The translations under genes and the position numbers were made by a program. DNA of 64,000 bases from Mobula hypostoma (lineage: Eukaryota). This document shows positions 38,473 through 53,000 of this stretch, in pieces; within the stretch, counting starts at the first letter, position 1, and the number at the start of each line of letters is the position of its first letter. The notes below the pieces were generated by a model that did no database searches, was not told the DNA's origin, and saw only the letters and a program-made list of their open reading frames with translations. The DNA is taken from assembly GCF_963921235.1 (NCBI RefSeq), contig NC_086097.1, forward strand, positions 47,556,001 through 47,620,000. Direction: 5' to 3'.

Positions 38473-39469
38473 CCATTTCAGAATCCTGAAAAACAAAGAT
38501 ACAGCTGTCAGCCTGAAGAGGAATGGAAAATACTTTTTCCTGCTCTGGAGTACAGTCGGTTTTTAGTACTTTTGTATTAATGATTTTTCTGAAAACACTT
38601 AAAAATGCAGCAAATTTCAGGACTATTTTTGGTGCATTTAAATATTCAGTATAGTGCAATATAAATTTACAATGTTTTAAATGTAACCTTACATTTAAAT
38701 TAAATTTGCTAAATATTAATCTATTTTTTAATCATTAACTGAAAACTGCACTGCAGTATTTTGCAAATATTATTTTAATGTTGAAGTGTAAGATTCTAAT
38801 TACAAAAGTAGAAGATTGTTTGTGTAGACTTCAGTTCTGTATTTAGCAGGTAGTTTTGACCTGTGACTGAAGATTGAAAATGTTTACATTTAATTTTAAT
38901 AGCAGGAAATGCTGAAGCCCACAAAGTGCCATCGTTTTGCTTGGATTTTATATTGTTGCTTTTCCTTTCCCCTAGAATTTAATTGATATACCAAAGGAAA
39001 CCCCTCCCCCATTGTGGATGCTTTGCATAACCCTGCTTATTCCTGCAATTATGTATTGATAGGTTAAGAAAGTTATTGGATATTAATGTGTGAAGTCTGT
39101 AGCAACTGCATGAAAAAAACTGGATTGTTAGAAGTTACTTTTGAAGTACTAAAAGTTGCAGATGAGGTAATATTATACCAGTTTGTTGAATGTTCTGGAA
39201 ACTGAACATTATGTATAAACCTAACTTTTTATTTCTTTGATTACTCAAGTATTGCATGTAGAGTCTGAATTTGAAATTTGTTTTTGATGCAACTTGGGGT
39301 GTGGGTAGAAAGAAGGGAAAGCAGACCAGCTGTTAAGTTTTCTGGACCAAATATTATAATTTAAGTTCTGGTTATGTACAGGACTCACCTTGACTAAAAT
39401 TGTACTTTAAGTTTGTATTCATTCTAGATAAATATCTAATCTTTGGTCAGTTTCAAGCACCTTCTGTAT

Positions 39470-39485
39470 AATAAAAAAAAATAAA
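39470..39485 (+). terminator. Probable ZFYVE21 polyadenylation signals (two AATAAA)
   Basis: AATAAA at 39470 and 39480, ~1 kb after the stop, followed by GT/T-rich sequence. Confidence 0.6.
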
Positions 39486-40102
39486 TTTAAGTTTGGGGTG
39501 ATTAATTAAACTTGTTTCTTACTTCTGGCCAAACAACATGAATAGCTGAAAGACAGGTATTCATGCACATGTTCCATGAGCAGTTTTTTATTTGGCTTTG
39601 TAATGAAATCTTTTGATGCTGAGCAAAATTAAATAGAGCTATTTATTTTACTGGTTGATTTAAAAACATAGCAATAGACTGTTGTGGCCTCAGAGGAAAA
39701 GGAGAGACACACACAATGATGCAGGAACAGTTTCTTTCCCTCTATTTGATTTCTGAATGGACACTGTACCCATGAACACTACCTCACTACTTTAGTTGTT
39801 TATTAAATTTAGTTGTTTGCGCTCACTACTTTATTTCTATTTTTGCTCTATTTATTTAATCCATTTTATATATATATACACACACACACACATATACACA
39901 CACACAGTAATTCATGAATTTTCCATTATGTATTGTAGCCACAAGGACAATAAATTTTACGGCTTATGCTGATGATATTAAACCTTGAACTCCAAACAAT
40001 CCAGTTTTCAGTTTAGGACTATCAATTAAAAACCTGAAATATCCATAGCAAACTAGAATCAAAATGAATCAACTAGAAACGCTGTTGTTCATGCCATTGT
40101 AT

Positions 40103-40108
40103 TTTATT
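40103..40108 (-). terminator. Probable PPP1R13B polyadenylation signal
   Basis: AATAAA on the minus strand ~870 nt after the stop, at the end of an AU-rich 3'UTR-like stretch. Confidence 0.6.
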
Positions 40109-40977
40109 GTGTTTACATAACAGTTGTTAAGCAGTGCATTACTATCAACTATGAAAAATTTAGTTGTCACATACATAATAGCTCACTGTTAAAATCTTAT
40201 ACATCACAATATTTACATTCAATACTACAGTGCTCAGTTAACAACTTAAATGATGAAATCTGGAACATGGTATTCAGGCCAAATATCAAGCTTACTGCAG
40301 CTAAAGTTTCAAAGAAATATTATTGGAAAAAATAAGGCTCTTTAATATAGAAATATTTGAATACTTATAACAAGTGCTGTAGTGTTCTGCAACAAACATT
40401 GGGTAAGTTATTGCATTATTTCCATTGGCAACATAGGTTAATGTTTTGCAATATTCTCGTGCTCTTCTCCCATTCATTCCATTAATCACATACACCATTC
40501 CATTAATCACATACACTTCATTTACCTCAACAATTCTGGCAGTACACATCTTGCAAAAGCCACTGTCTCAATTATAATAAATTTTCCTTCATGTTCAAGC
40601 ATACATTCCAAAATTCTTGCACAGTTGTATCATAAACCAAATTAAATCCAAGTCCATCCACACAGCCATTCTATAAATTAAAATTCTCTCTGAAACCAGG
40701 TTTGTATGAAACATTTTCTTTGATACCATTTCTTGACAACTACAAGGTCACTCTACCACTGTGTGATCCATGAGTGTAAGCAAATGGGCTGTGTGCATGC
40801 ACACGCCAGCATATATATGTAGGTGTTGTTCAAAGAAAAAGCACCATAAAAGAAACTACTGCATATCCAAATCACAGCACATAAATATCTACTTTCTCCT
40901 CTGGTTGGAGGACACCCCCAATATGAAGAGTGTTGTGTCTGTCTATTCCAGGTTCTAATCGGAAAGGCTAAATGATT

Positions 40978-41019
40978 TTAAGCCAGAGATCGTTGTCGAG
41001 GTTTTATTCTTGGATATAA
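40978..41019 (-). CDS. PPP1R13B: PPP1R13B last coding exon ([13 protein letters not shown])
   Basis: Acceptor cttttacag; TAA at 40980-40978. Confidence 0.96.
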   Translation of the reverse strand, partial: LYPRIKPRQRSLA

Positions 41020-44000
41020 CTGTAAAAGAAAGAAAGGTCAACAATTGGTTTTATTGCCTACAATACATTTTCTTTACCACTTCAAGCTGTACTAGTACTG
41101 TTCTAGATCACAGAGCAACTTGGGAGTTTTAATGTGCCTTTAATATCCAATGGTCAATGATTAGGAAGCAAATTTAGTAACTTATGGATGTCTGAAGAAA
41201 CAGCAGAAGAGTCTAGAAGGAATATATTCTTAGAAGTGCAGAGGACTGAAGTTAGTTATACATGTGGAGTAAGATTTAACAGGCATTCAAACACAAGGAC
41301 GAGAATTCAAACTGGACATGTAGATCACCACTATAGATCAGTTGCGTATGGCATAAACGGGACATAATTTGGTTTAGTATAGGCACCAAAATTTTTGAAC
41401 TTTAGTGCATTACAGGATATACAAGGCTAGTAGTAAAGCAATACAACTGTGTGAAAAATTTACTCCCCTTCTACTAACTGTCTTTCATCTCTACCCCCTC
41501 AGACAAAACTATCACAGCAAATCAGGCCTGTGGCACAGTATTAACAATGACCACTACGAAATTTGATGTAGGATAATTTGAAAGTTAGCACTTAAACTTA
41601 ACAATTTTTGACTCCATTTTGTTATAACTGGTAATAAAGTAATCTTAAAAGGAAAGAATGATGTGAGGCAAGTCAAAAAGAAATGCACTTAAGTACATCA
41701 AGGAAACTTTTATAGCTAACAAATGATCAAAACAATTGGCTAAAATCTATATAAAAAAATAGAAATAGCAATTTCCTTTTGATCACATTTGGATCTTGGA
41801 ACACTGATTCACTATAAAGTTAAATCATCCAAAACAGAAGCAATTTTCATGCAATCTCAAGATTTTTGTTCTTAGAACTAAGCCTTTTCTATTTAATGTA
41901 AAATCAGTACCTGTCTAAAAGTACAATTAGTATTTGACCTCTTCTGAAACTCAACTGATCCTAAGTCCAATATAGGCAGTTAAAGAATTTAAAATGGCAT
42001 TTGGCCTTTAATTGCAGAGTACATGAGGAAAAATACTGCAGTAATATAGGGCTCCAGTGAAACCACTCCTAGAGTTCGGGCAATATTGAAAAAAAGCAAG
42101 ACCAAAACAAAATATTATTGTAGAGGGGGTTGAACAAAGATGCAATGTACTGTTTTCTGGGATGACAGGCCTGTCATATTGAGTAGCTTAGGCCCTTCCT
42201 CGACTTTAGAAAAGTTAGAGGCTACCTCAGCAAAACACAATTTTTAGTAAGCTGAACAATCTTTCTCCTGGCTAAGGAGTCTAGAACTACAGGGCACAGT
42301 GCTCTAATTAAAAGATAGGCACTTTAGGGCTGGAATGAGGAAACATTTCTCTACCCTCAGAAGTTCAGTCACTGACCTCTTTCAAGACAGAGACTGATAG
42401 ACCTTTCGATGCTAGAGGAACTAAGAAGTTTGGGACGTAAAATGTTTCCAGGTAGAAGACCAACCAAATTGTTGAATGGCCAAGCAGGCTTTTGAAGAGC
42501 AGACTGGCCTACCCGGCTCCTATTTCTGATGTTCTTACGTTACATTGGGAGGCAAAAGAATGTAATCACTAAGCTTCTTAAATTTTCTTTCTTCCTAATT
42601 CTAGAACACACCACACTTAAATAAAGTAAGTCTATGCTGGGCCGAGAGCAAGATACCTCATGTTTGAATGGAGCCACTTGTCTTTAAACTACTTTTATGA
42701 ATTAGTATTATTTGGTTATTTTTGTTCCACTAGTATCTATTTTATTGAGAACATCTAAAAATTACAGAATCAAAAAAATTTTAGGGCATACTTACCCCAA
42801 GCAGATTACGAGGAACATAGCCTTCTTTATCATTAAAACGAGCCCACCACCAGTCTGTTTCAACATCATCTTTATATCTCACAATTGTCAGAGGGTCTCC
42901 TTCGTGGAATGATAATTCATCACTGTTCTTGGCTTCATAATCCCACAAAGCATAAACAACACCTTTGTTCATGACACCCATTTTTTCTTGCACTCCTATT
43001 GTGGGTAGAAAGTAATTCTCAATCATCTTAGATGAAGGTAAACACGCACAGGTTATTGTACATAATATTTGCTATATAGTTCTGTCTGCAAGATCAAGCT
43101 TAATTTTGCCTCTTTTCAGAATATATATAACTTTAAAATTCTAAGAAATGAAGGGAGAGAATTCTGCTTAAATAGTAGCTTGTCATCAACTGGCAATCCA
43201 TTACATGGTCTAAGGAAAAAAAAGAACTAACTTTTCACAGCTTAAGCACCAAGTAATCATCTACTCAAGGCGAACCTTCATATTTGAGGAATCTATAAAC
43301 TGTTGTATATAGCTCTAATATACAGTACTGTGCATAAGTCTTAGGCACACATATATAGCTAAGGCACCCAAGACTTTTGCATAGTACCATAGTATTCTAT
43401 CCATTGCACTACACCGCTGCCACAAAAAAAACAACAAATTTCATGACATGCGAGTGATGATAAATCTGATACTGATATGGTCTCTTGTGAACTGAGAGTG
43501 GGATGGGGGCAAGGAAAGAAGAATCATGATTGGGAAAAGGGAGAAGGAAGCACCAGAGAGACACTCTATAATGATCAATGAACCAATTGTTTGGAATCAA
43601 ATGACCTTTCCATTAATAACTCATTTACATTTACTATAAGCCAAACATGTAATAAATGGAAGAGATAGCTTGTGTATTGGTTTCCTAAACATAACATCTG
43701 ACACCGATGTGGCTCTAAATGATAAATTCTCAACACATCAAGCTTGAGAGGACTATCAAAAGCAGAGACTGGGAAAATAATGAGAAAAAGTATCATTGTA
43801 TCCATCAACATGCAGTAGTAGTCAAAAATAAAACAATGGATACTCCAATACCGAAATACTCCACAAGTCAATTAGCATCTGTGAAGAGAGAAACCTTATA
43901 TGGTTTATGTCAATGACTTTTCATCATTACTAATTAGTTCTATTTCTGACCTGGACAGAGCAGGAAGATTGGACATATGATTGAGAAATCTATTATATAT

Positions 44001-47000
44001 GGCTTATGTTATTTAGTTAGATTTAAAAAAAGTGATAAATTTTTGTAAGAGATGCACAAAATTCAGACATATTTACCATAAAGAAACTGCGAGCACTGTA
44101 CAAAACCGTCTTCCATTTCTTCACATTTATCTGCTGCTGTTTCAACATCACTAATTGTAGTGGCAAAAATGGCAGCACCAGATTCCACAAGGAGCTTGCA
44201 GAGTTGGACACTGTTGCATGAAGCAGCACAGTGTAGTGGGGTCCTGAAAAGATAAAGTCTATTTGAGATGATTTTCAAAATAAAAGTCACTCAGAAGCCA
44301 AGCTAAGCATACATCTTAGAATTATGAAAATCACCCTTTCACATATAGAAAAGCATAGTTGTTTAAATCACAGGAACAGCTTTCCCAATTGTTAAAATAA
44401 CACAACTAGAGACACTCTGGTATGTGCAATCAGTTCTTTAGTAGAGATAATATCATTAGCTTTGTAAGGAAATATCATTTTGGGGAAAAGTAGTAATGCT
44501 AGCTTTTGTCCAGAAAAACAATTCTGTGAATTTTACTCAGCAATTTATAGGACATATTCTCAGTTTATTTAAAGACTTCATGCAAATCCTAGAACAACTT
44601 TTAATTAAATGAGTGCATGAGAGATTTGATTTGAATTAGGGAGCTTAAGGTACAGGAACTCTTTGGAGATGGTGATCATAATATGACAGAATGCAAACTG
44701 CAATTTGAGAGAGAAACAAAAATCAAATGTATTAGTACTACAGTGGAGTAAAAGCAAACTAGAGTCATGAGAGAGTAGCTGGCTTATGTTGATTTGAAGG
44801 GGATACTAGCAGGAATGATAGTAGAGCAGCAGTGGCCGGAGTTTCTGGACATAATTTGGAAGACACCAGGTCAGTTCATCTAAAGCAGCAGCAGCAACCA
44901 TGGCCAAGGGAAGTTAAAGATGGCATAAAAACAAAAGAGGGCATAGAACGGCAAAATTTAGCAGGAAGCTTTTAAAAACCAACAGTAGGCAAATAAAAAA
45001 GCAATCACAAGAGAAAAGCCAACATGAAGTTAGCATTAGCACAGCTATATGATGTAACTGCCTATCCTGATGCTCCTTCATCATAGCTGGTGATTTCAAC
45101 CAAGCCAGACTTAAGACAGTATTCTCTAAATTTTGCCGGAATGTGAAATCACCATGTTTACACCAATACGGCAGGCACATACAGGGCTCATCCATGTATT
45201 CAACTAGGACTGTCCAACCACCTGCATTTATTCCTAACTCCGGCCCCAGTGATAAGGAAGGCAAAACCAATTACCAAGTCAGTGACAGTAAGGCCTGAGG
45301 GAGTGTCTCACAGCTTCCAGTGCATAAACTGGATCGTGCTTGCATGCCAAGCAATGCATGATTTGAGAATTAACTTAAAGGAATACGCCATCACGGTCAT
45401 GCACTATATCAAATAGTGTGTAGACAGTGTAACCAGCAATAAAAATATCTGCGTATTCCTGAATGAGAAGCCATAGATGTACAAAGCCAGGAAACAACTT
45501 AGGGCTTGGGATGCTGTGTTCAGTTTAACAGAGACAATGAATCAGTGATGAAGGCCTTGACACCCGAGAAGGACACAGTGCTGACACTGAGCACACAAGG
45601 TTTCAAAGTTTCAAAAATACATTAACGTCAGAGAAATATAACAATATACATCCTGAAATGCTTTTTCTTTGCAACCACCCACAAAAACAGAGGAGTGCCC
45701 CAAAAAATGAATGACAGTTAAGTGTTAGAATCCCAGAGTTCTGCTCAGCTCCCCCTTCCCACGTGCAAGTTGCAACAAGCACGATCCCCCTTCCCACCAC
45801 CGGCAAAAAAGAAAGTATCAGCACCCATCACTGAGCACTCAAGCATGCAGCAAAAGCAACAGCACTACTGACACAGACTTGCAGCACTCCAAAGACTACA
45901 TTGTTCACCCAGCATTTGACATACCACAGGCTCCCTCCCTCCCTAATAAGGGAGAAATATGTCTCTGTTTCACAGCGAGAGGGAAGACATAACAAACAAC
46001 TCGCTGGTCTACGATGTTAAAAGTCCATTGCATTGCTTTATTCGAGCTCTGTGCCTAAAGATCTCAAGTCTCTGGGCACACGCCAAAGATGTACTCTCCA
46101 CAATATTCAAGCACACAGAGCAGCTGGACCAGATGGCATACCTGGGTGAGTTCTCAGGGATTGCGCTGACCAGCTAGCAGAGGCAGAGGTCTGTGCCTTG
46201 CTGTGATCTCTGCTTGCTTCAAAACATCAACCACCATATCATTCCCAAAGCAATCAGCGGTAATATACTTCAACTACAGACTGGTCGCACTCACGCACCC
46301 ATAGCTGCCAAATGCCTGGAGAGACTAGTTATTTCCCACATACAGTGCCATCACTGCTACTCGGGACCAGCACCACTTTGCCCAAATGGCAAACAGATCA
46401 ACCGAGGATGCCACCTCCATCGCTCTCCACATCGTACTGGAACACCTGCAGCATAAGGACACCGATGCCAGAACGCTTTCTAATCTACTATAGTTCAGCT
46501 TTCAACACTATACTCCCGAACAAGTTGACCATTAAACTACACAGTCTGGCATTGAGTACGTCAATTTCCAACTGGATTCTGGAATTTCTTACCAATTGCA
46601 CCCATATAGTCAGACTGGGTAAGTACACATCAACCTCCCTGACCCTGAACACCAGTGCACTGCAGGGATGTGTACTGAGCCCAGTCCTTTACACTCTTTT
46701 CACCCATGACTGTGCCCCTGTCATGTCACCAACTCTATCATCAAATTTGCAGACAACGCCACAGTAAATGGATTAGTTATAAATAACAACAAAACAGCAT
46801 ACAGAGAAGAGACACAGAAACTGACTGAATGGTGCAATAACCATTTCACTCACTATCAAAAAAATGATTATCAATTTCAGAAAATCAAGTAGGTCTGAAC
46901 AAGCTCCACTACTCCTAATTGGTAAAGCAGTGGAGGTCTCTAGCTTGAGGTTCTTGAGAGTCAACATCAGAGAGGAGCTCTCTTGGACCAACAACTCCAA

Positions 47001-50000
47001 GAAGGCTCAGCAGTGCTTATACTATCTTAGGAGATTAAAGAGAGAAAATCACCCCAAAAGCTGCTGCTAAACTTCTACCAATGTGCCACAGAGTGCATAC
47101 TGACCTACTGCATGATAGCATGGTACACTAGCTGCAACAAGATCGACCAAAACACACTTCAACAAGTGATTAGCACTGCACAGAAGGTTTTTGGGACACA
47201 ACTATCAGATATGTTCAATCTCCTACTATCGAGCAGGAGAAACAGAAACATCTCCGCATGAACATACAGGCCAAAAAAAAACTTTTTACCCAGGGCTGCC
47301 GTGCAACTTAACAATGACCCCCCCACCCACCCATAGTCACGATGGACAACCTCCAAGTGCAATACATGGGCATGTGTACTATTTGGATTTAATTAGGGCA
47401 CCTACCTTTCTTTGATTTCAGTGTTCTTCATTAAATTTCAGCTTTAATTCTCCATGCTATCCTACACTTAATCACTGTATTTTATAACATGGGCATGTGC
47501 AATACCTGAATGGGGCAGCCACTGTTTCTTTTAATTTAGAGTTGCTTGTTTTTAATTCAGTGTAACATAGATGTCATTCTAAGTAACTTGGACATTGTTT
47601 TAGTCATGGTGCTTTTAGTAATTGAATTGCCAGGATGCAGTTTTGCACTGAATGGAGTAGCACTGCAATCTCATCCCGAGCAATGACAATAAAGCTCTAA
47701 TCGACAAGATAAAATATGAATGTAAGATAGCCAATAATATAAAAGGGGATATCAAAAGTTTTTTTTCAGATATGCAAATAATAAAAGAGAGGCATCAGAC
47801 TGCTGGAAAATGACACTGGAGAGTTGGTAACGGGGTCAAAGAAATGGTGGCTGATATTTTGCATCAGTCTTCACTGTGCAAGGCACCATCAGTATGCCAG
47901 AGATTTGAGTGTCGGGGGAAAAAGTGAGTGCTGCTACTACTAAACAGAAGGTGCTTGGGAAGCTGAAAGATCTTAAAGTAGGTATGTTGCCTGGGCCAGA
48001 TGCGCTACACCTCAGGGCTCTCAAAGAGGTAGTTGAAGAGAATGTGCAGGTATTAGTAATGATCAAGAATCAATAGTTCCAGAGGACTAGACTATCCCAA
48101 ATGTCACTTTTTAAGAAGGGACTTCAGTGGTTGGCCTTTACTAAGGAATAGATTTCAGAATACTTGGAGGCGCATGATAAAATATGCCAAAGGGGAATAA
48201 TGATGGGAAATCTTGCCTAACAAATATGTTAAAATTCTTTGAGGCAGTAGCAAGCATGATAGACAGAGAGTCAACGGATGTTGTTTACTTGGCTCTTCGG
48301 AAGGCCTCTGACAAGATGCCACACACGAGGCTGCTAAACAGGATAAGACCTATGGTTTTACAGAAAAGATGCTAGAATGCACAGAATATCAGCTAACTGG
48401 CAGAAGGCAAAGAGTGGGAATAAAGGTGGCCTTTTCTAGTTGACTGCTGGTAACTAGTGGTATTCCACAGGGTCAGTGTTGGATCCGCTACTTTTCACAT
48501 TATATGTTAATGATCTGGATGACAGAATTCAAACACGAGGAAATCTGCAGATGCTGAAATTTCAAGCAACACACATAAAAGTTGCTGGTGAGAAACAAAA
48601 ATCAAATGTATTAGTACTACAGTGGAGTAAAAGCAAACTAGAGTCATGAGAGAGTAGCTGGCTTATGTTGATTTGAAGGGGATACTAGCAGGAATGATAG
48701 TAGAGCAGCAGTGGCCGGAGTTTCTGGACATAATTTGGAAGACACCAGGTCAGTTCATCTAAAGCAGCAGCAGCAACCATGGCCAAGGGAAGTTAAAGAT
48801 GGCATAAAAACAAAAGAGGGCATAGAACGGCAAAATTTAGCAGGAAGCTTTTAAAAACCAACAGTAGGCAAATAAAAAAGCAATCACAAGAGAAAAGCCA
48901 ACATGAAGTTAGCATTAGCACAGCTATATGATGTAACTGCCTATCCTGATGCTCCTTCATCATAGCTGGTGATTTCAACCAAGCCAGACTTAAGACAGTA
49001 TTCTCTAAATTTTGCCGGAATGTGAAATCACCATGTTTACACCAATACGGCAGGCACATACAGGGCTCATCCATGTATTCAACTAGGACTGTCCAACCAC
49101 CTGCATTTATTCCTAACTCCGGCCCCAGTGATAAGGAAGGCAAAACCAATTACCAAGTCAGTGACAGTAAGGCCTGAGGGAGTGTCTCACAGCTTCCAGT
49201 GCATAAACTGGATCGTGCTTGCATGCCAAGCAATGCATGATTTGAGAATTAACTTAAAGGAATACGCCATCACGGTCATGCACTATATCAAATAGTGTGT
49301 AGACAGTGTAACCAGCAATAAAAATATCTGCGTATTCCTGAATGAGAAGCCATAGATGTACAAAGCCAGGAAACAACTTAGGGCTTGGGATGCTGTGTTC
49401 AGTTTAACAGAGACAATGAATCAGTGATGAAGGCCTTGACACCCGAGAAGGACACAGTGCTGACACTGAGCACACAAGGTTTCAAAGTTTCAAAAATACA
49501 TTAACGTCAGAGAAATATAACAATATACATCCTGAAATGCTTTTTCTTTGCAACCACCCACAAAAACAGAGGAGTGCCCCAAAAAATGAATGACAGTTAA
49601 GTGTTAGAATCCCAGAGTTCTGCTCAGCTCCCCCTTCCCACGTGCAAGTTGCAACAAGCACGATCCCCCTTCCCACCACCGGCAAAAAAGAAAGTATCAG
49701 CACCCATCACTGAGCACTCAAGCATGCAGCAAAAGCAACAGCACTACTGACACAGACTTGCAGCACTCCAAAGACTACATTGTTCACCCAGCATTTGACA
49801 TACCACAGGCTCCCTCCCTCCCTAATAAGGGAGAAATATGTCTCTGTTTCACAGCGAGAGGGAAGACATAACAAACAACTCGCTGGTCTACGATGTTAAA
49901 AGTCCATTGCATTGCTTTATTCGAGCTCTGTGCCTAAAGATCTCAAGTCTCTGGGCACACGCCAAAGATGTACTCTCCACAATATTCAAGCACACAGAGC

Positions 50001-53000
50001 AGCTGGACCAGATGGCATACCTGGGTGAGTTCTCAGGGATTGCGCTGACCAGCTAGCAGAGGCAGAGGTCTGTGCCTTGCTGTGATCTCTGCTTGCTTCA
50101 AAACATCAACCACCATATCATTCCCAAAGCAATCAGCGGTAATATACTTCAACTACAGACTGGTCGCACTCACGCACCCATAGCTGCCAAATGCCTGGAG
50201 AGACTAGTTATTTCCCACATACAGTGCCATCACTGCTACTCGGGACCAGCACCACTTTGCCCAAATGGCAAACAGATCAACCGAGGATGCCACCTCCATC
50301 GCTCTCCACATCGTACTGGAACACCTGCAGCATAAGGACACCGATGCCAGAACGCTTTCTAATCTACTATAGTTCAGCTTTCAACACTATACTCCCGAAC
50401 AAGTTGACCATTAAACTACACAGTCTGGCATTGAGTACGTCAATTTCCAACTGGATTCTGGAATTTCTTACCAATTGCACCCATATAGTCAGACTGGGTA
50501 AGTACACATCAACCTCCCTGACCCTGAACACCAGTGCACTGCAGGGATGTGTACTGAGCCCAGTCCTTTACACTCTTTTCACCCATGACTGTGCCCCTGT
50601 CATGTCACCAACTCTATCATCAAATTTGCAGACAACGCCACAGTAAATGGATTAGTTATAAATAACAACAAAACAGCATACAGAGAAGAGACACAGAAAC
50701 TGACTGAATGGTGCAATAACCATTTCACTCACTATCAAAAAAATGATTATCAATTTCAGAAAATCAAGTAGGTCTGAACAAGCTCCACTACTCCTAATTG
50801 GTAAAGCAGTGGAGGTCTCTAGCTTGAGGTTCTTGAGAGTCAACATCAGAGAGGAGCTCTCTTGGACCAACAACTCCAAGAAGGCTCAGCAGTGCTTATA
50901 CTATCTTAGGAGATTAAAGAGAGAAAATCACCCCAAAAGCTGCTGCTAAACTTCTACCAATGTGCCACAGAGTGCATACTGACCTACTGCATGATAGCAT
51001 GGTACACTAGCTGCAACAAGATCGACCAAAACACACTTCAACAAGTGATTAGCACTGCACAGAAGGTTTTTGGGACACAACTATCAGATATGTTCAATCT
51101 CCTACTATCGAGCAGGAGAAACAGAAACATCTCCGCATGAACATACAGGCCAAAAAAAAACTTTTTACCCAGGGCTGCCGTGCAACTTAACAATGACCCC
51201 CCCACCCACCCATAGTCACGATGGACAACCTCCAAGTGCAATACATGGGCATGTGTACTATTTGGATTTAATTAGGGCACCTACCTTTCTTTGATTTCAG
51301 TGTTCTTCATTAAATTTCAGCTTTAATTCTCCATGCTATCCTACACTTAATCACTGTATTTTATAACATGGGCATGTGCAATACCTGAATGGGGCAGCCA
51401 CTGTTTCTTTTAATTTAGAGTTGCTTGTTTTTAATTCAGTGTAACATAGATGTCATTCTAAGTAACTTGGACATTGTTTTAGTCATGGTGCTTTTAGTAA
51501 TTGAATTGCCAGGATGCAGTTTTGCACTGAATGGAGTAGCACTGCAATCTCATCCCGAGCAATGACAATAAAGCTCTAATCGACAAGATAAAATATGAAT
51601 GTAAGATAGCCAATAATATAAAAGGGGATATCAAAAGTTTTTTTTCAGATATGCAAATAATAAAAGAGAGGCATCAGACTGCTGGAAAATGACACTGGAG
51701 AGTTGGTAACGGGGTCAAAGAAATGGTGGCTGATATTTTGCATCAGTCTTCACTGTGCAAGGCACCATCAGTATGCCAGAGATTTGAGTGTCGGGGGAAA
51801 AAGTGAGTGCTGCTACTACTAAACAGAAGGTGCTTGGGAAGCTGAAAGATCTTAAAGTAGGTATGTTGCCTGGGCCAGATGCGCTACACCTCAGGGCTCT
51901 CAAAGAGGTAGTTGAAGAGAATGTGCAGGTATTAGTAATGATCAAGAATCAATAGTTCCAGAGGACTAGACTATCCCAAATGTCACTTTTTAAGAAGGGA
52001 CTTCAGTGGTTGGCCTTTACTAAGGAATAGATTTCAGAATACTTGGAGGCGCATGATAAAATATGCCAAAGGGGAATAATGATGGGAAATCTTGCCTAAC
52101 AAATATGTTAAAATTCTTTGAGGCAGTAGCAAGCATGATAGACAGAGAGTCAACGGATGTTGTTTACTTGGCTCTTCGGAAGGCCTCTGACAAGATGCCA
52201 CACACGAGGCTGCTAAACAGGATAAGACCTATGGTTTTACAGAAAAGATGCTAGAATGCACAGAATATCAGCTAACTGGCAGAAGGCAAAGAGTGGGAAT
52301 AAAGGTGGCCTTTTCTAGTTGACTGCTGGTAACTAGTGGTATTCCACAGGGTCAGTGTTGGATCCGCTACTTTTCACATTATATGTTAATGATCTGGATG
52401 ACAGAATTCAAACACGAGGAAATCTGCAGATGCTGAAATTTCAAGCAACACACATAAAAGTTGCTGGTGAATGCAGCAGGCCAGGCAGCATCTCTAGGAA
52501 GAGGTACAGTCGATGTTTCAGGCTGATACCCTTCGTCAGGACTAACTGAAGGAAGAGCTAGTAAGAGATTTGAAAGTGGGAGGGGGAGATCTGAACTGAT
52601 AGAAGACAGGAGGGGGAGAGATGGAGCCAAGAGCTGGACAGTTGATTGGCAAAAGGGATATGAGAGGATCATAGGTCAGGAGGCCCAGGGAGAAAGAAAA
52701 GGGGGAGGGGGTGGGAAAAGCCCAGAGGATGGGCAAGGGGTATAATGAGAGGAAGAGAGAGAGAAAAAGAATGTGTGTATATAAATAAATAACGGACGGG
52801 GTACGAGGGGGAGGTGGGGCATTAGCAGAAGTTAGAGAAGTCAATGTTCATGCCATCAGGTTGGAGGCTACCCAGATGGAATATAAGGTGCTGTTCCTCC
52901 AACCTGAGTGTGACTTCATCTTTACAGTAGAGGAGGCCGTGGATAGACATATCAGAATGGGAATGGGAAAAATAAATAAATAAGGGATGGGGTAAGAAGG

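Noticed and set aside
44914..52254. Duplicated ORF set as a duplicated gene cluster
   Set aside because: All are fragments or antisense frames of decayed CR1/Rex1 elements inside the tandem duplication; no host exon is included.
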